Of a DNA stretch of 64,000 nt, positions 16,608 through 25,802 are shown piece after piece (positions within the stretch are counted from its first letter, which is position 1; each line of letters begins with the position of its first letter). The notes beneath the pieces are model-generated. The model had not been told where the DNA came from and ran no database searches. It saw only the letters and a program-made list of their open reading frames with translations. This DNA is from Minisyncoccia bacterium. Its GTDB lineage: Bacteria > Patescibacteriota > Minisyncoccia > Phycocordibacterales > UBA6065. The stretch spans positions 80,701 through 144,700 of the forward strand of contig JBIIJY010000001.1 of NCBI GenBank assembly GCA_044233485.1, read 5' to 3'. Position numbers and translations under genes: made by a program.

Positions 16608-17778
16608 ATTCTTCGGATCCCATTTCTGGATCCCACATTCCCCTAATCTGTTCAATGATCAGACCGAGGTCAACACTCTTTTCCACATTGACTCCAGCCA
16701 AAAGGTGGATCATGAGAAGAGCGATTGTGAATTCGATTTGTCTCGGCGGGATAGGAGTACTGGTGCCATCAAAGGTGATCGGAAAACCACCGTTCACGAG
16801 CACCCGCGACCCACGAGTGTAGTCGTGGTGGACTCCGCTATCCACCACTCGAAACAATGCCGACGGAAACTCTCGATCCGAAGACGACATACTTATGAGC
16901 ATCACTTCGGGATGAAGCGTATCGACATCACCTTCCGACAAGACACTACTCCCGGTAGTGCCAACAATCACGTCATACCGGCTGAGGTTTCGCTTCGCAG
17001 TATCAACGTCGATATACGCCCCGGGAGGGATCATGTCGAACACCCCTTTGCAACCAAATGGCTCACCATGAATCTTTTCCGGATGTGCGTCGAATACTGA
17101 TCCGGTGAGGCGACTGAGACCAAATAGCTGACCAGCAATCTGTCGCCCGATATGACCGAGACCATACACAAGCACATTAGGTGAAGTCCGTCTGTGCTTT
17201 TTGAGGGCGCGGTGAATCCTACAGGCTCCAATTCGGCCAATGTATGGAGACTCGAGCATAAGCTTGTGATATGAACGTGCCACAGAGACCCACTCAAATG
17301 ACACACCTGCCTTCACAATTCTGAAGTGACCAGACGAAGTCTGCTCGATCCCAAACACTTTACTCGGATCGAGTTTTTGCTCGTTGACGATGAGGTGCAT
17401 ATGTCCGCCATCATCGAGAACAATGATCTTACTGTATCGAGACAGATCTCGACGGGCGAGCTCTCGCGTGACAAACGCGCGAAGATGATCCTCGAACCAT
17501 GAGTCAAAGCGGGCACGAGGATCAAACTCAGTGCTAAATGGTGCAACGACACAGCCGAGACCGACAAGTCTTTGCAACACCGCTTCACTCGTTGAGTAGT
17601 TTTTGCCGAAAATCACACAGTTCTGAGCAGGCAAGCCCAGCGCAAGTAACGCCTCAAACATTCTCTGCTGAGGCTCGAGTAGGTGCTGACAAGCAAAGAG
17701 AAGAACCCTCTCGAGTCGCACCCCACTGAAGATTTCTTTGACTCTCTGCAAGAGGAGAAAATCGTAATTCATATTCAA
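16573..17778 (-). CDS. Divergent S-adenosyl-L-homocysteine hydrolase-fold NAD-binding protein
   Basis: 401 aa; collinear with AhcY landmarks (CQH...NxxSTS, IIVLDDGGH vs DDGGD, EQTSSG vs EETTTG, GxGxxG as VYGLGHIGRQIAG), but the NDSxTKxKFDN catalytic block is replaced (ARSYHKLMLES). Confidence 0.55.
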   Translation of the reverse strand: MNMNYDFLLLQRVKEIFSGVRLERVLLFACQHLLEPQQRMFEALLALGLPAQNCVIFGKNYSTSEAVLQRLVGLGCVVAPFSTEFDPRARFDSWFEDHLRAFVTRELARRDLSRYSKIIVLDDGGHMHLIVNEQKLDPSKVFGIEQTSSGHFRIVKAGVSFEWVSVARSYHKLMLESPYIGRIGACRIHRALKKHRRTSPNVLVYGLGHIGRQIAGQLFGLSRLTGSVFDAHPEKIHGEPFGCKGVFDMIPPGAYIDVDTAKRNLSRYDVIVGTTGSSVLSEGDVDTLHPEVMLISMSSSDREFPSALFRVVDSGVHHDYTRGSRVLVNGGFPITFDGTSTPIPPRQIEFTIALLMIHLLAGVNVEKSVDLGLIIEQIRGMWDPEMGSEEWYTNFNAQAVP

Positions 17779-17874
17779 TGTTCCTTCATATATTATTATA
17801 CAATATATGCTACTAATGTCAATTTGTTCTACCTATACCGTTCACACCCTTTTTTGAAGTACTATATACGAGTA

Positions 17875-18129
17875 ATGAGCACCCCCTACCACCTCTACAT
17901 ACTACGTTGCACCGATGGGAGTCTCTATACCGGAATCACCACCGATGTGGAAGCGCGATTTATTGCCCACAAAAATGGCACTGGCGCCCGCTATACCCGC
18001 GCTCACCCACCTGAGAAAATCATCTACCGAGAAACTCACCCGGACAAAAGTAGCGCCCTTAAACGAGAAGCACAGATAAAGAAACTCTCCAGGCGAGAGA
18101 AACTACTTTTGATTTCTTCTACTCACTAA
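17875..18129 (+). CDS. GIY-YIG nuclease family protein (UPF0213/YhbQ-like), 84 aa
   Basis: YHLYILRC..GSLYTGITTDVEARFIAHKNG is a canonical GIY-YIG core. The track ORF starts further upstream, but the domain begins at MSTPYHLY (ATG 17875). Confidence 0.75.
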   Translation: MSTPYHLYILRCTDGSLYTGITTDVEARFIAHKNGTGARYTRAHPPEKIIYRETHPDKSSALKREAQIKKLSRREKLLLISSTH

Positions 18130-18203
18130 AACTCAGCAGAGATGATTGCCCTCTAGTCAGCACCGATTTAATTACATACAATGGAAGATATTAACTAAAA
18201 TAT

Positions 18204-18671
18204 ATGAAAAAAATTTGCGACTTCTGTTCAAAATTTAAAAAACCAGACATAGCTATTCTCCTTATCCGAATCGCCATCGGTGCAGTGTTTGTAAACGCTG
18301 GCTGGATGAAAGTAACTAACGTTGAAATGGTTATTGGTGGCTTTGCGTCTATGGGCTTCCCTGCAGCTCTCGCTTATTTTGTCTCATATGCGGAACTTAT
18401 CGCCGGTGCGCTTATTATCCTCGGTGTAGCTACTCGAGGTATGAGTGTTATCCTTGCCATTATCATGGCCGTTGCCACCTTCAAGGTGCACTTCGCGGCT
18501 GGATATAGCCTTGCGAACGGCGGATATGAATACACTCTCACTCTCATGCTTACTCTCATCGGTATCGCTCTCTTTGGTGCGGGGAAATACGCTGTTGAAT
18601 ATTGTCTCTGCAATCGCCACACTTGTGACGCGGATTGCGACTGTGGACACGACACTCCAAAGACAGTTTAA
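18204..18671 (+). CDS. DoxX family membrane protein with C-terminal Cys/His-rich tail
   Basis: 155 aa, 4 TM, DoxX-like (IAIGAVFVNAGWMK). The tail is CLCNRHTCDADCDCGHD. Confidence 0.7.
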   Translation: MKKICDFCSKFKKPDIAILLIRIAIGAVFVNAGWMKVTNVEMVIGGFASMGFPAALAYFVSYAELIAGALIILGVATRGMSVILAIIMAVATFKVHFAAGYSLANGGYEYTLTLMLTLIGIALFGAGKYAVEYCLCNRHTCDADCDCGHDTPKTV

Positions 18672-18683
18672 GTTTTCTTTACG

Positions 18684-18710
18684 AAAAACCACCCATTTGG
18701 GTGGTTTTTT
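18684..18710. terminator. Bidirectional terminator (aaaaaccaccc attt gggtggttttt), member of a recurring hairpin family
   Basis: Perfect stem between convergent DoxX and dnaX genes. The same aaccaccc/gggtggtt stem recurs at 36381, 37452 and 37755. Confidence 0.7.
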
Positions 18711-19737
18711 ATTTACTAGCTTCGGCGATTTTCAACACACAGATCTCAAACGGAAGCACCTGACTCGTTGAAGTACGCAGGAGTGTCATGGCGTCGATAA
18801 GGTGAATCAGGGTTAGCGAATTGATATGCGTCGCGCTCTTGGCGAGAAGACGAATTTCACTTGCCACGTCTTTACCAAACTGCTCAATCACCTGCTCATC
18901 AGAGAGCGCTGAAAAGCGTACCAGCAGTACAGCTCTCACATAGTCGAGCACATCCTCACCGAAGTTTTTTGCGTGGGAATTATGCACTGAGAGTGACTGG
19001 GCAGTCTTGAGGGCTTCGGCGAATTTTTTCTCGCACAGTGAGCGCGCAAATGTATATGCCAAAACTCGTGGCGAGGCTCCGACAATTTTCTCAATATCCG
19101 CTCGGGTGATTGGCGTATGAGACACTCCAGCAAGAATCTGCTGTAGGAGTCCGTACGCGTCACGAAATGCACCGTCAGCAAGACGAGCCAGGAGCAGAGC
19201 AGCGTCTTTTTCAAGTGCACTCCCCTCGGCTTTTGCCGCGTCGACAAGCGCACTCGCGAGCACCTCGAGAGTTGGTCGTTCAAAACGGTACACTTGTGCA
19301 CGAGAGATGATTGTCTCGGGCACTTTCGCGAGCTCTGTCGTAGCGAGAATAAAGACAACATGCTCTGGCGGCTCTTCAAGAGTCTTCAAGAGTGCATTGA
19401 ACGCCTCTTTGGTGAGCATGTGCACCTCGTCGATAATGTACACCTTTACGGGCGAAGAAAACGGCTTAGTCGAAACCGACTCCTTGAGATCACGGATATC
19501 ATCGATACCGCGATTTGAAGCTGCGTCGATTTCATAGAGGTCTTCTTCATGAGCTCCGAGTTCACGAGCCAGGATGCGCGCAATTGAAGTCTTGCCCGTA
19601 CCTCGTGACCCCGCAAAAAGATAGGCATGACTTGTCTTTTTCTTGGCCAGTGATGCCGTAAGGGCTTTAACAATGTCTTCCTGACCTCGAACTTGCGCAA
19701 AGGTTTGTGGGCGGTATTTTCGGTAGAGTGCAATCAT
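18709..19737 (-). CDS. dnaX: DNA polymerase III subunit gamma/tau, short form (domains I-III only)
   Basis: AAA+ clamp-loader motifs (GSRGTGKTS, DEVHML, SRAQ). The track ORF has a TTG start at 19764; ATG at 19737 (MIALYRKYRPQTF) matches the conserved N-terminus. No tau C-terminal domains. Confidence 0.85.
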   Translation of the reverse strand: MIALYRKYRPQTFAQVRGQEDIVKALTASLAKKKTSHAYLFAGSRGTGKTSIARILARELGAHEEDLYEIDAASNRGIDDIRDLKESVSTKPFSSPVKVYIIDEVHMLTKEAFNALLKTLEEPPEHVVFILATTELAKVPETIISRAQVYRFERPTLEVLASALVDAAKAEGSALEKDAALLLARLADGAFRDAYGLLQQILAGVSHTPITRADIEKIVGASPRVLAYTFARSLCEKKFAEALKTAQSLSVHNSHAKNFGEDVLDYVRAVLLVRFSALSDEQVIEQFGKDVASEIRLLAKSATHINSLTLIHLIDAMTLLRTSTSQVLPFEICVLKIAEASK

Positions 19738-19770
19738 ACTCCCAGTATACCGAGGAGGATACAATACGCA

Positions 19771-19800
19771 AAAACCCCGCGCAGAGTGCGCGGGGTTTTT
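19771..19800. terminator. Intrinsic terminator (aaaaccccgcgcagagtgcgcggggttttt)
   Basis: Perfect GC stem flanked by A- and T-runs, between dnaX and the downstream minus-strand gene. Confidence 0.7.
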
Positions 19801-19824
19801 GAATTCACCTGAAAATGAGTGAAT

Positions 19825-21156
19825 TTAGTTATTCATTCCGAAGAGCCATTTGAAGAAATCTTTGATTCCTCGTCCGACTGCTCCGAAGACGTTACCAACA
19901 AGAGATGAAGATTGACCCTGAGTGTTGTTCTCAATTTTAATTGGGAATTCAGTAGAAGTTGCCGTCTCAGCAGGAGCAACAACTGGTGCTGGTGTTCCTG
20001 GAGTAAGGATTGGTGCATTTTCACCAACGACAACAGTAGGAGCTACTGAGCCGTTCTGGTAAGCCTCGACGATTGCTCGTTCTGAAGCAGAGAGAGCTCG
20101 TGAAGTACCACACATGATCTCATTGATTTTCTTGAGAGTAGTGATGTATACCTGACCAGATACCTGAGCTGTAGGACCCCATGGAGCGATCGTATCAGCA
20201 AAGTATTTTGTCTGGAACGCTCGAACTGCATTTACCGTAGCAGTGTCATAGACACCAGTTACCGCAATACCGGCACGTTCGAATCGATTCAAGAAGTTTT
20301 GAAGCTTAGTAACTTCAGCAACTGAGTTTGAGCCTCCGAAAGTAAGGTATGAAGTAATTGGCGCACAGATCGCTGCCCCACCATTTCGTCCACCTGATCG
20401 AGAGCCACTTGATGATACACTCGCTGGGATAGCAGGAGTAGTATTTGTGATCTGACCTGACTGGTTGCCTGAAGTCTCAGTTGTAGGAACATACGGTGCA
20501 CCTGACTGGTTGCCTGAAGTTTCTACTCGAGGTGTATAGACACCTGGCTGATTGTTTGAAGTCTCAGTTGTAGGAACATATGGGCCAGACTGGTTACCTG
20601 AAGTTTCTGTCGCTGGGATCACTGAGAAAGTAACAAGTGTACTTACTGAGTTGTTTGCACCGAGCGAAAGATTCTGTGTTCCAAGCACTACTCCTCGTGG
20701 AACAGTGATGGTATAGGTGAATGCTCGTGACTCACCACCGGTAAGGGTGAATGAAGTCGCTGATGGCGTGACCCATGTATGAGCACCTCCGGTTGCACTA
20801 TAGAGAGTGATTGTTCGAGAACATCGAGCATCCTCTGTGTTAGTGATTCGAGCTGGGACAACTACTGTTGAACCAACAGCAATTGTTGCTGGCCAAGTTG
20901 CTGTAATGATTGGTGTATTGATACCGCACACTACAGAACTTCCACCTCCAGCTGACTGGTTGTTTGAAGTCTCAACTGTCGGAACGTATGCTCCGGCACC
21001 TGATTGGTTACTTGAAGTCTCAGTTGTTGGAACATATCCAGCACTCTGGTTTGAGTTCGATTCAGCCTGAGGAACAAACTGTGCAAACATACCCTGTGGA
21101 GCGATGAACGCTGTCGCAAGGGCGATTGCAAAGAAGATTTTTGTATAAGTTTTCAT
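19825..21156 (-). CDS. Secreted repeat protein with peptidoglycan-binding (PG_binding_1-like) domain
   Basis: 443 aa; signal peptide; at least 7 copies of a ~16 aa unit (YVPTTETS[GN]NQSG) in two blocks; PG-binding-like helical segment (VTKLQNFLNRFERAGIAVTGVYDTATVNAVRAFQTKY). Confidence 0.7.
   Translation of the reverse strand: MKTYTKIFFAIALATAFIAPQGMFAQFVPQAESNSNQSAGYVPTTETSSNQSGAGAYVPTVETSNNQSAGGGSSVVCGINTPIITATWPATIAVGSTVVVPARITNTEDARCSRTITLYSATGGAHTWVTPSATSFTLTGGESRAFTYTITVPRGVVLGTQNLSLGANNSVSTLVTFSVIPATETSGNQSGPYVPTTETSNNQPGVYTPRVETSGNQSGAPYVPTTETSGNQSGQITNTTPAIPASVSSSGSRSGGRNGGAAICAPITSYLTFGGSNSVAEVTKLQNFLNRFERAGIAVTGVYDTATVNAVRAFQTKYFADTIAPWGPTAQVSGQVYITTLKKINEIMCGTSRALSASERAIVEAYQNGSVAPTVVVGENAPILTPGTPAPVVAPAETATSTEFPIKIENNTQGQSSSLVGNVFGAVGRGIKDFFKWLFGMNN
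20453..20625. repeat. Intragenic tandem repeat, period about 48 nt, block 1 (encodes the ETSxNQSG units)
   Basis: Near-identical ~48 nt units in series. A second block lies at about 20950-21075. Confidence 0.7.
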
Positions 21157-21386
21157 AATTTTTGGTCAATCTGCGTTTATAACAGATTATATATATTATA
21201 GTCTATACTAGACGAAATGTCAAGTATATGGTTTTCATATATGTGGGCTTACTGCCGTATGTTTTACATTACGTATTTCAGGGTAAATAGCAACCGCAGC
21301 CAGACTTTCTACATAGAAAAAGGGCGCCTGCTATGCAGAACGCCCTTGTGGAGGTTTTTAACGTGGGCTCAAGCCACGGGGCAATG

Positions 21387-22280
21387 TCAGTCTACCCACA
21401 AGCGGTAGAACCGCTGTTGACCGCCAGGGAAAGACTGGTCGGGAGTAAACTTCCCACCCGAGCGAATCACCCCGACATTCACCCAGTTAGTCTGCCCGAG
21501 AGCAGAGCTCATCTGCACAGCGGCCCAATGACCGGTGTTAACCGAGAGGCTCATCAGATGGTCGGGCATGACAGCGACACGAGGATCCTGTGGGAATCCT
21601 TTAGTGCTCACCATCGCCTCGACCCCATTGACGGAGCCAATGACCTGGTAGTCGTCGATGTCTTGCCGGCTGATGTAGCCAGCGATCTGCGCGATTTCGC
21701 CAGTCGTGGTGATCCGGAAGTTTCCAGCCGGCCCGAGACCAACGATCTGCGTATAGGGCGCGGATGACGAACTAATCGACTCCCATACCCCATCAGGACG
21801 CTTCCCCATCACCTCTGGCGAACTGTTGGCGAGAATGGTGAATGAACCATTGAAGATCACATCGAGGGACTCGATGCGGCCTGTCACCTGACTGGCCGTG
21901 ATAGTGCCATTGGTGGCCACGATGCGGAAAGCAAAGTTCAACTGTGAGTCGAACCCAGCTCCGGCAACCATGTTGGTCAGATTGATCTTGGACACCGGAG
22001 ACAAAGCCCCGAGCGTTCCAGTCAGACCCCCGATAACTCGGGAGACGAACTGGCTCCGACCCGGCGCCCCGATGCGGGGGCCGTAGGTGGGAACTATTTC
22101 CACCATATAGGGACCCGAAGGGATCCCTTGGCGGACAACGATGATCTTCGATAGCGGCCTGAGAGCCACACCTTCACCAGCGGTCAGCTCCCCAACAGGC
22201 CGATACTCCTGAGCGAAGCTCAGGAAGCTGCTGAGGATGAAACTGAAGAGAACAACCGACAGAGACATGGATGTCTTCAT
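21387..22280 (-). CDS. Secreted hypothetical protein (297 aa), GC-rich relative to neighbours
   Basis: Signal peptide MKTSMSLSVVLFSFILSSFLSFA. No family recognised. Terminator hairpin agggcg...cgccct + T-run just downstream at about 21331-21360. Confidence 0.6.
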   Translation of the reverse strand: MKTSMSLSVVLFSFILSSFLSFAQEYRPVGELTAGEGVALRPLSKIIVVRQGIPSGPYMVEIVPTYGPRIGAPGRSQFVSRVIGGLTGTLGALSPVSKINLTNMVAGAGFDSQLNFAFRIVATNGTITASQVTGRIESLDVIFNGSFTILANSSPEVMGKRPDGVWESISSSSAPYTQIVGLGPAGNFRITTTGEIAQIAGYISRQDIDDYQVIGSVNGVEAMVSTKGFPQDPRVAVMPDHLMSLSVNTGHWAAVQMSSALGQTNWVNVGVIRSGGKFTPDQSFPGGQQRFYRLWVD

Positions 22281-22499
22281 AGGAACCTTTCAACGAACAC
22301 GATCCTTGAGTCTTTTGGGTTTAAGGGATTGAGCGATCTTTATTGAGCGCCGTACCCTTGTAACCTTTGATTACTATGTCGTACACCTGCCCGACATATT
22401 CAATAATCAACTCAAAAACCTTTGTATATAATGATAGCAGAATACTTGCTATCTGTCAAGTAGTATTATATGGCTTAAAACAAGGCTATTTATCCACTT

Positions 22500-23546
22500 T
22501 TAAGCCTTTCTCTGGAGTTCCAGATATGCATCTATTTCCCTCGTCAATTCATCGAGTGTGTTGCATTCCATGAGTCGAGCTCGTAGTTCTGCCGAGCCAG
22601 GCCAGCCATGCACATAGCCTTTATAGTGCTTTTTCATCGTAGCAAAGCTTTTTACCCCACCGAGCTTCTCCAAAAAAAGTGCACTGTGCTCAAGAAGTGC
22701 TCGTAATCGCTCTTCGACAGTGATCGACGGATCTATCGAGCTATAGAGTTCAAACTTTCGAGGAGTGAGCACCCCTTCCAGAGGAAGCACTTCTTCTTTC
22801 ACTTTTTGCAAATCACGGCAAAGCCATGGATTTCCAAAAAATGCTCGACCGATCATTACCCCATCGGCACCAGAGGCACGCGCCTTGGCGATACCATCTC
22901 GAAGAGAACTCACATCACCATTACCAAGTATTAATGTCTCAGGCGAAAGAGTGTCTCGCAGAGCGACAACTTTTCGTATAAGTTCCCAGCGTGCTGGTAC
23001 AAGCGAGAGCTCTTTTCGTGTACGTGCATGCACGGTGAGGGCAGCTGGCTTTTCTGCGAGTATCCTTGGAATCCAGGTATCAAGCTCTTCCTGGTTGAAC
23101 CCCACTCGCGTTTTTACCGAGACCGGAATATTCCCTGCCCCACGTTTGGCAGCACGAAGTACAGCCACCGCTTGATCGGGAGTGCGGATCATTGCCGCAC
23201 CAGCTCCTTGTTTTTCTATCGATGCGTCGGGACACCCCATATTGATATCCACTCCATCAAAACCAAGCTCGTAAGCCAACCGGCAAGCTGCCTCCATATG
23301 TTCTGGATGTGCGGTAAAAAACTGAGCGATGATCGGACGCTCCGCTTCCGAGAACTCCAAATCTTTCAGGAGTTTTTTCCGACCCTCTTCTGGTGCGAGT
23401 GCCAGTCCATCAGCCGAGACAAACTCCGTCCAGGTAACATCTGGCTTACCATGGCGAGCGATCAGTGCACGAAACACACTGTCCGTGACATCAGCCATAG
23501 GAGCGAGAGCGACGATTGGTTTTGGAAGTGTAGACCAGAAATTCAT
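22500..23546 (-). CDS. dus: tRNA-dihydrouridine synthase
   Basis: 348 aa; TIM-barrel Dus motifs (LAPMADVTD, DINMGCP, active-site Cys). Confidence 0.9.
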   Translation of the reverse strand: MNFWSTLPKPIVALAPMADVTDSVFRALIARHGKPDVTWTEFVSADGLALAPEEGRKKLLKDLEFSEAERPIIAQFFTAHPEHMEAACRLAYELGFDGVDINMGCPDASIEKQGAGAAMIRTPDQAVAVLRAAKRGAGNIPVSVKTRVGFNQEELDTWIPRILAEKPAALTVHARTRKELSLVPARWELIRKVVALRDTLSPETLILGNGDVSSLRDGIAKARASGADGVMIGRAFFGNPWLCRDLQKVKEEVLPLEGVLTPRKFELYSSIDPSITVEERLRALLEHSALFLEKLGGVKSFATMKKHYKGYVHGWPGSAELRARLMECNTLDELTREIDAYLELQRKA

Positions 23547-23593
23547 AGAATAGCTATGTAACGTAGACTAACGCACTCTCAGCAGAAAACAAG

Positions 23594-24445
23594 CTACTGA
23601 CGGGTACTCGTCGCCCTGACAACACCACCCTCACGAAGGCGAACGAAGACCTTACTACCCAAAACAAGGTCAACCGAATCAATGCGGGTCTCGCCGTTCG
23701 CTTCATTAAATTTTTTGTTGGCGAGTACCGCCCGGAGATACTCAAGCGTCGCACTGAGATCTTTTGTCGGACGAATTCGTGCTTTAACACCATTGGTAAA
23801 TTCAATTACATAATCCTCACTATCAACTCGAGTTGCATAACGCGGCTCCAATCCAGACGCGAGCGATTCTTGTGTAAAGGTCATGAGTCGGGAGAAGACT
23901 ACCTCATTCTCGATGATATCGAGGAGTTGTTTGGTGCTCGTACTGGTGGTATCGCGGAAAATGACGTATCCACTACCGTAGTAAGGCGCACTCGAGAAGA
24001 GGCGGGCTTCTTTATCAATGAAAAAACAAGGAGAGTTCGGATCGGTATCAGCACAATAGAGTGCCACTGGTATGCGATCGACTGGAGCGATGGAGAGCAC
24101 TCTTCCGTCGAGCTCGATCTGTACTGACTCGATTCGTGGGAGCGCCACAGTGATCTCACGAGTGAGGTGACCACGAGGAATAAAAAGTATATTCGTTTTC
24201 GGAATCAGCCACAGGTATTTTTCTCGCAAAATACCTTCCACCAGGGAAGAAATTTCTTTTGAATAAATACCTTCGGCCACACGAACCTGCGTAATCTGCA
24301 TAAACGAGGCTCGGCAAAATAGTACAAACGACACCACCCACAGCACTGTCGCCAAAGAAAAAACTACTCGTTTATACGCGCGTGTCTTACGAAAACTTTT
24401 CTTTGTCTCTTTAGGAATATATGACCGTCGATGCTTGGCGACCAT
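23594..24445 (-). CDS. Cell division protein FtsQ/DivIB-like (POTRA domain)
   Basis: 283 aa; basic N-terminus, one TM helix, POTRA-like ITQVRV...NILFIP segment. Confidence 0.6.
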   Translation of the reverse strand: MVAKHRRSYIPKETKKSFRKTRAYKRVVFSLATVLWVVSFVLFCRASFMQITQVRVAEGIYSKEISSLVEGILREKYLWLIPKTNILFIPRGHLTREITVALPRIESVQIELDGRVLSIAPVDRIPVALYCADTDPNSPCFFIDKEARLFSSAPYYGSGYVIFRDTTSTSTKQLLDIIENEVVFSRLMTFTQESLASGLEPRYATRVDSEDYVIEFTNGVKARIRPTKDLSATLEYLRAVLANKKFNEANGETRIDSVDLVLGSKVFVRLREGGVVRATSTRQ

Positions 24446-24458
24446 ACACTAGAGTGTA

Positions 24459-25730
24459 CTATTTTTTTGGAGCAATAACTGCAAAACCAGTGTATTTGTG
24501 GAGAACCTCAGGAATGATGATCGAACCATCTGCCTGTTGATTATTCTCAAGAAGTGAAATAAGGAGGCGCGGAGTAGCAGCAGCGGTGTTGTTGAGCGAG
24601 TGCACAAAACGCATTTTTCCTTCGGCGTCTTTGTATCGGAGGTTCAGGCGTCGAGTTTGGAAATCATGGAAGTATGAAGATGAGTGAGTCTCTCGATACG
24701 TATTTTGTGTTGGCACCCAGCACTCAATGTCGTACTTCTTTACCTGACCGAGACCAATATCTCCACCGCAGTTGAGCACAACATGGTATGGGATACGCAA
24801 ACCCTGAAGCATTTCCTCAGCATTCTTGGTGAGCTCTTCATGGAAATCAACACTCGTCTGATGATTTGCCTCACAGAGAATCACTTGTTCAAATTTAAAG
24901 AATTCATGAACGCGCATGACCCCTTTGGTATCTTTTGAGTGACTTCCCGCCTCACGTCGAAAACATGGAGAAAACGCGAGAATCTTTTTTGGAAGATCCG
25001 TCTCTTTGAGTACGGTGTCAGAGTAGTACGACATTGTTGCCACCTCGCCAGTTCCCGCCAAATAATCCCCGTCTTGAGTCTTATAGAGATCTTCTTCGCC
25101 TTGTGGAAGGTATCCAGTACCGAGAAGCGCCTCGCGACGCACGAGTGAAGGCACGATCATTGGACTAAACCCTTTCTTCACAAACATCTCGAGAACATAT
25201 TGCCAGAGGGCAAAATTCAAAATCGCTCCTTCGTTTTTCAAAAAGTATCCACGAAAACCAGCCACCTTTGCGCCCGTTTCGAAATCAGCAATGTCGAGCT
25301 TCTCCATGAGCTCAATGTGATTTTTCGGGACAAAGTTGAAAAAAGGTTTTTCTCCCCACACGCGCACTTCAACATTATCTTTATCAGTCTCGCCGTCTGG
25401 CACTGACATGTCTGGAATGTTTGGAACCTGAAGCATCAGCGCTCCCCACTTGTTCATGATTTTCTTGAGCTCCTCTTCTTCAAGAACCATCTGATCCTTG
25501 AGCGCCTTCATGCTTGCAATCAGGTTTGCGCGCTCGGTCTGGTCTTGAGTGCGGGCAATCTTTTCACTTACTGCATTTTGCTCTGCTCGTTTAAGCTCAA
25601 TCTTTGTGAGAGCACTTCGACGGAGATCGTCGGCCTCAATGAGCTGATCTATCTTAAAATCGACTCGCTTCTTTTTGGCGGCGAGCTTGATAAGGTCTAT
25701 ATTGTCCCGGATAAACTTAATATCGAGCAT
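24459..25730 (-). CDS. serS: Serine--tRNA ligase
   Basis: 423 aa; N-terminal coiled-coil arm and class II core motifs. Confidence 0.95.
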   Translation of the reverse strand: MLDIKFIRDNIDLIKLAAKKKRVDFKIDQLIEADDLRRSALTKIELKRAEQNAVSEKIARTQDQTERANLIASMKALKDQMVLEEEELKKIMNKWGALMLQVPNIPDMSVPDGETDKDNVEVRVWGEKPFFNFVPKNHIELMEKLDIADFETGAKVAGFRGYFLKNEGAILNFALWQYVLEMFVKKGFSPMIVPSLVRREALLGTGYLPQGEEDLYKTQDGDYLAGTGEVATMSYYSDTVLKETDLPKKILAFSPCFRREAGSHSKDTKGVMRVHEFFKFEQVILCEANHQTSVDFHEELTKNAEEMLQGLRIPYHVVLNCGGDIGLGQVKKYDIECWVPTQNTYRETHSSSYFHDFQTRRLNLRYKDAEGKMRFVHSLNNTAAATPRLLISLLENNQQADGSIIIPEVLHKYTGFAVIAPKK

Positions 25731-25768
25731 AATACGTAAAAGTATAGACTATTTTGCCCAAAATTAAA

Positions 25769-25802
25769 GGGCACCGCGACGAGTTGCAGACTCGCAGTGC
25801 CC
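25769..25802 (-). promoter_or_regulatory. Hairpin plus T-run in the serS 5' leader, preceded by a 4-codon mini-ORF with GGAGG RBS (25810-25837); possible attenuator
   Basis: Minus strand: gaaGGAGGtgatttgATGtccgatctcTAG, then gggcactgcgagtc..gactcgtcgcggtgccc TTTAATTTT, about 40 nt upstream of the serS ATG. Confidence 0.3.
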
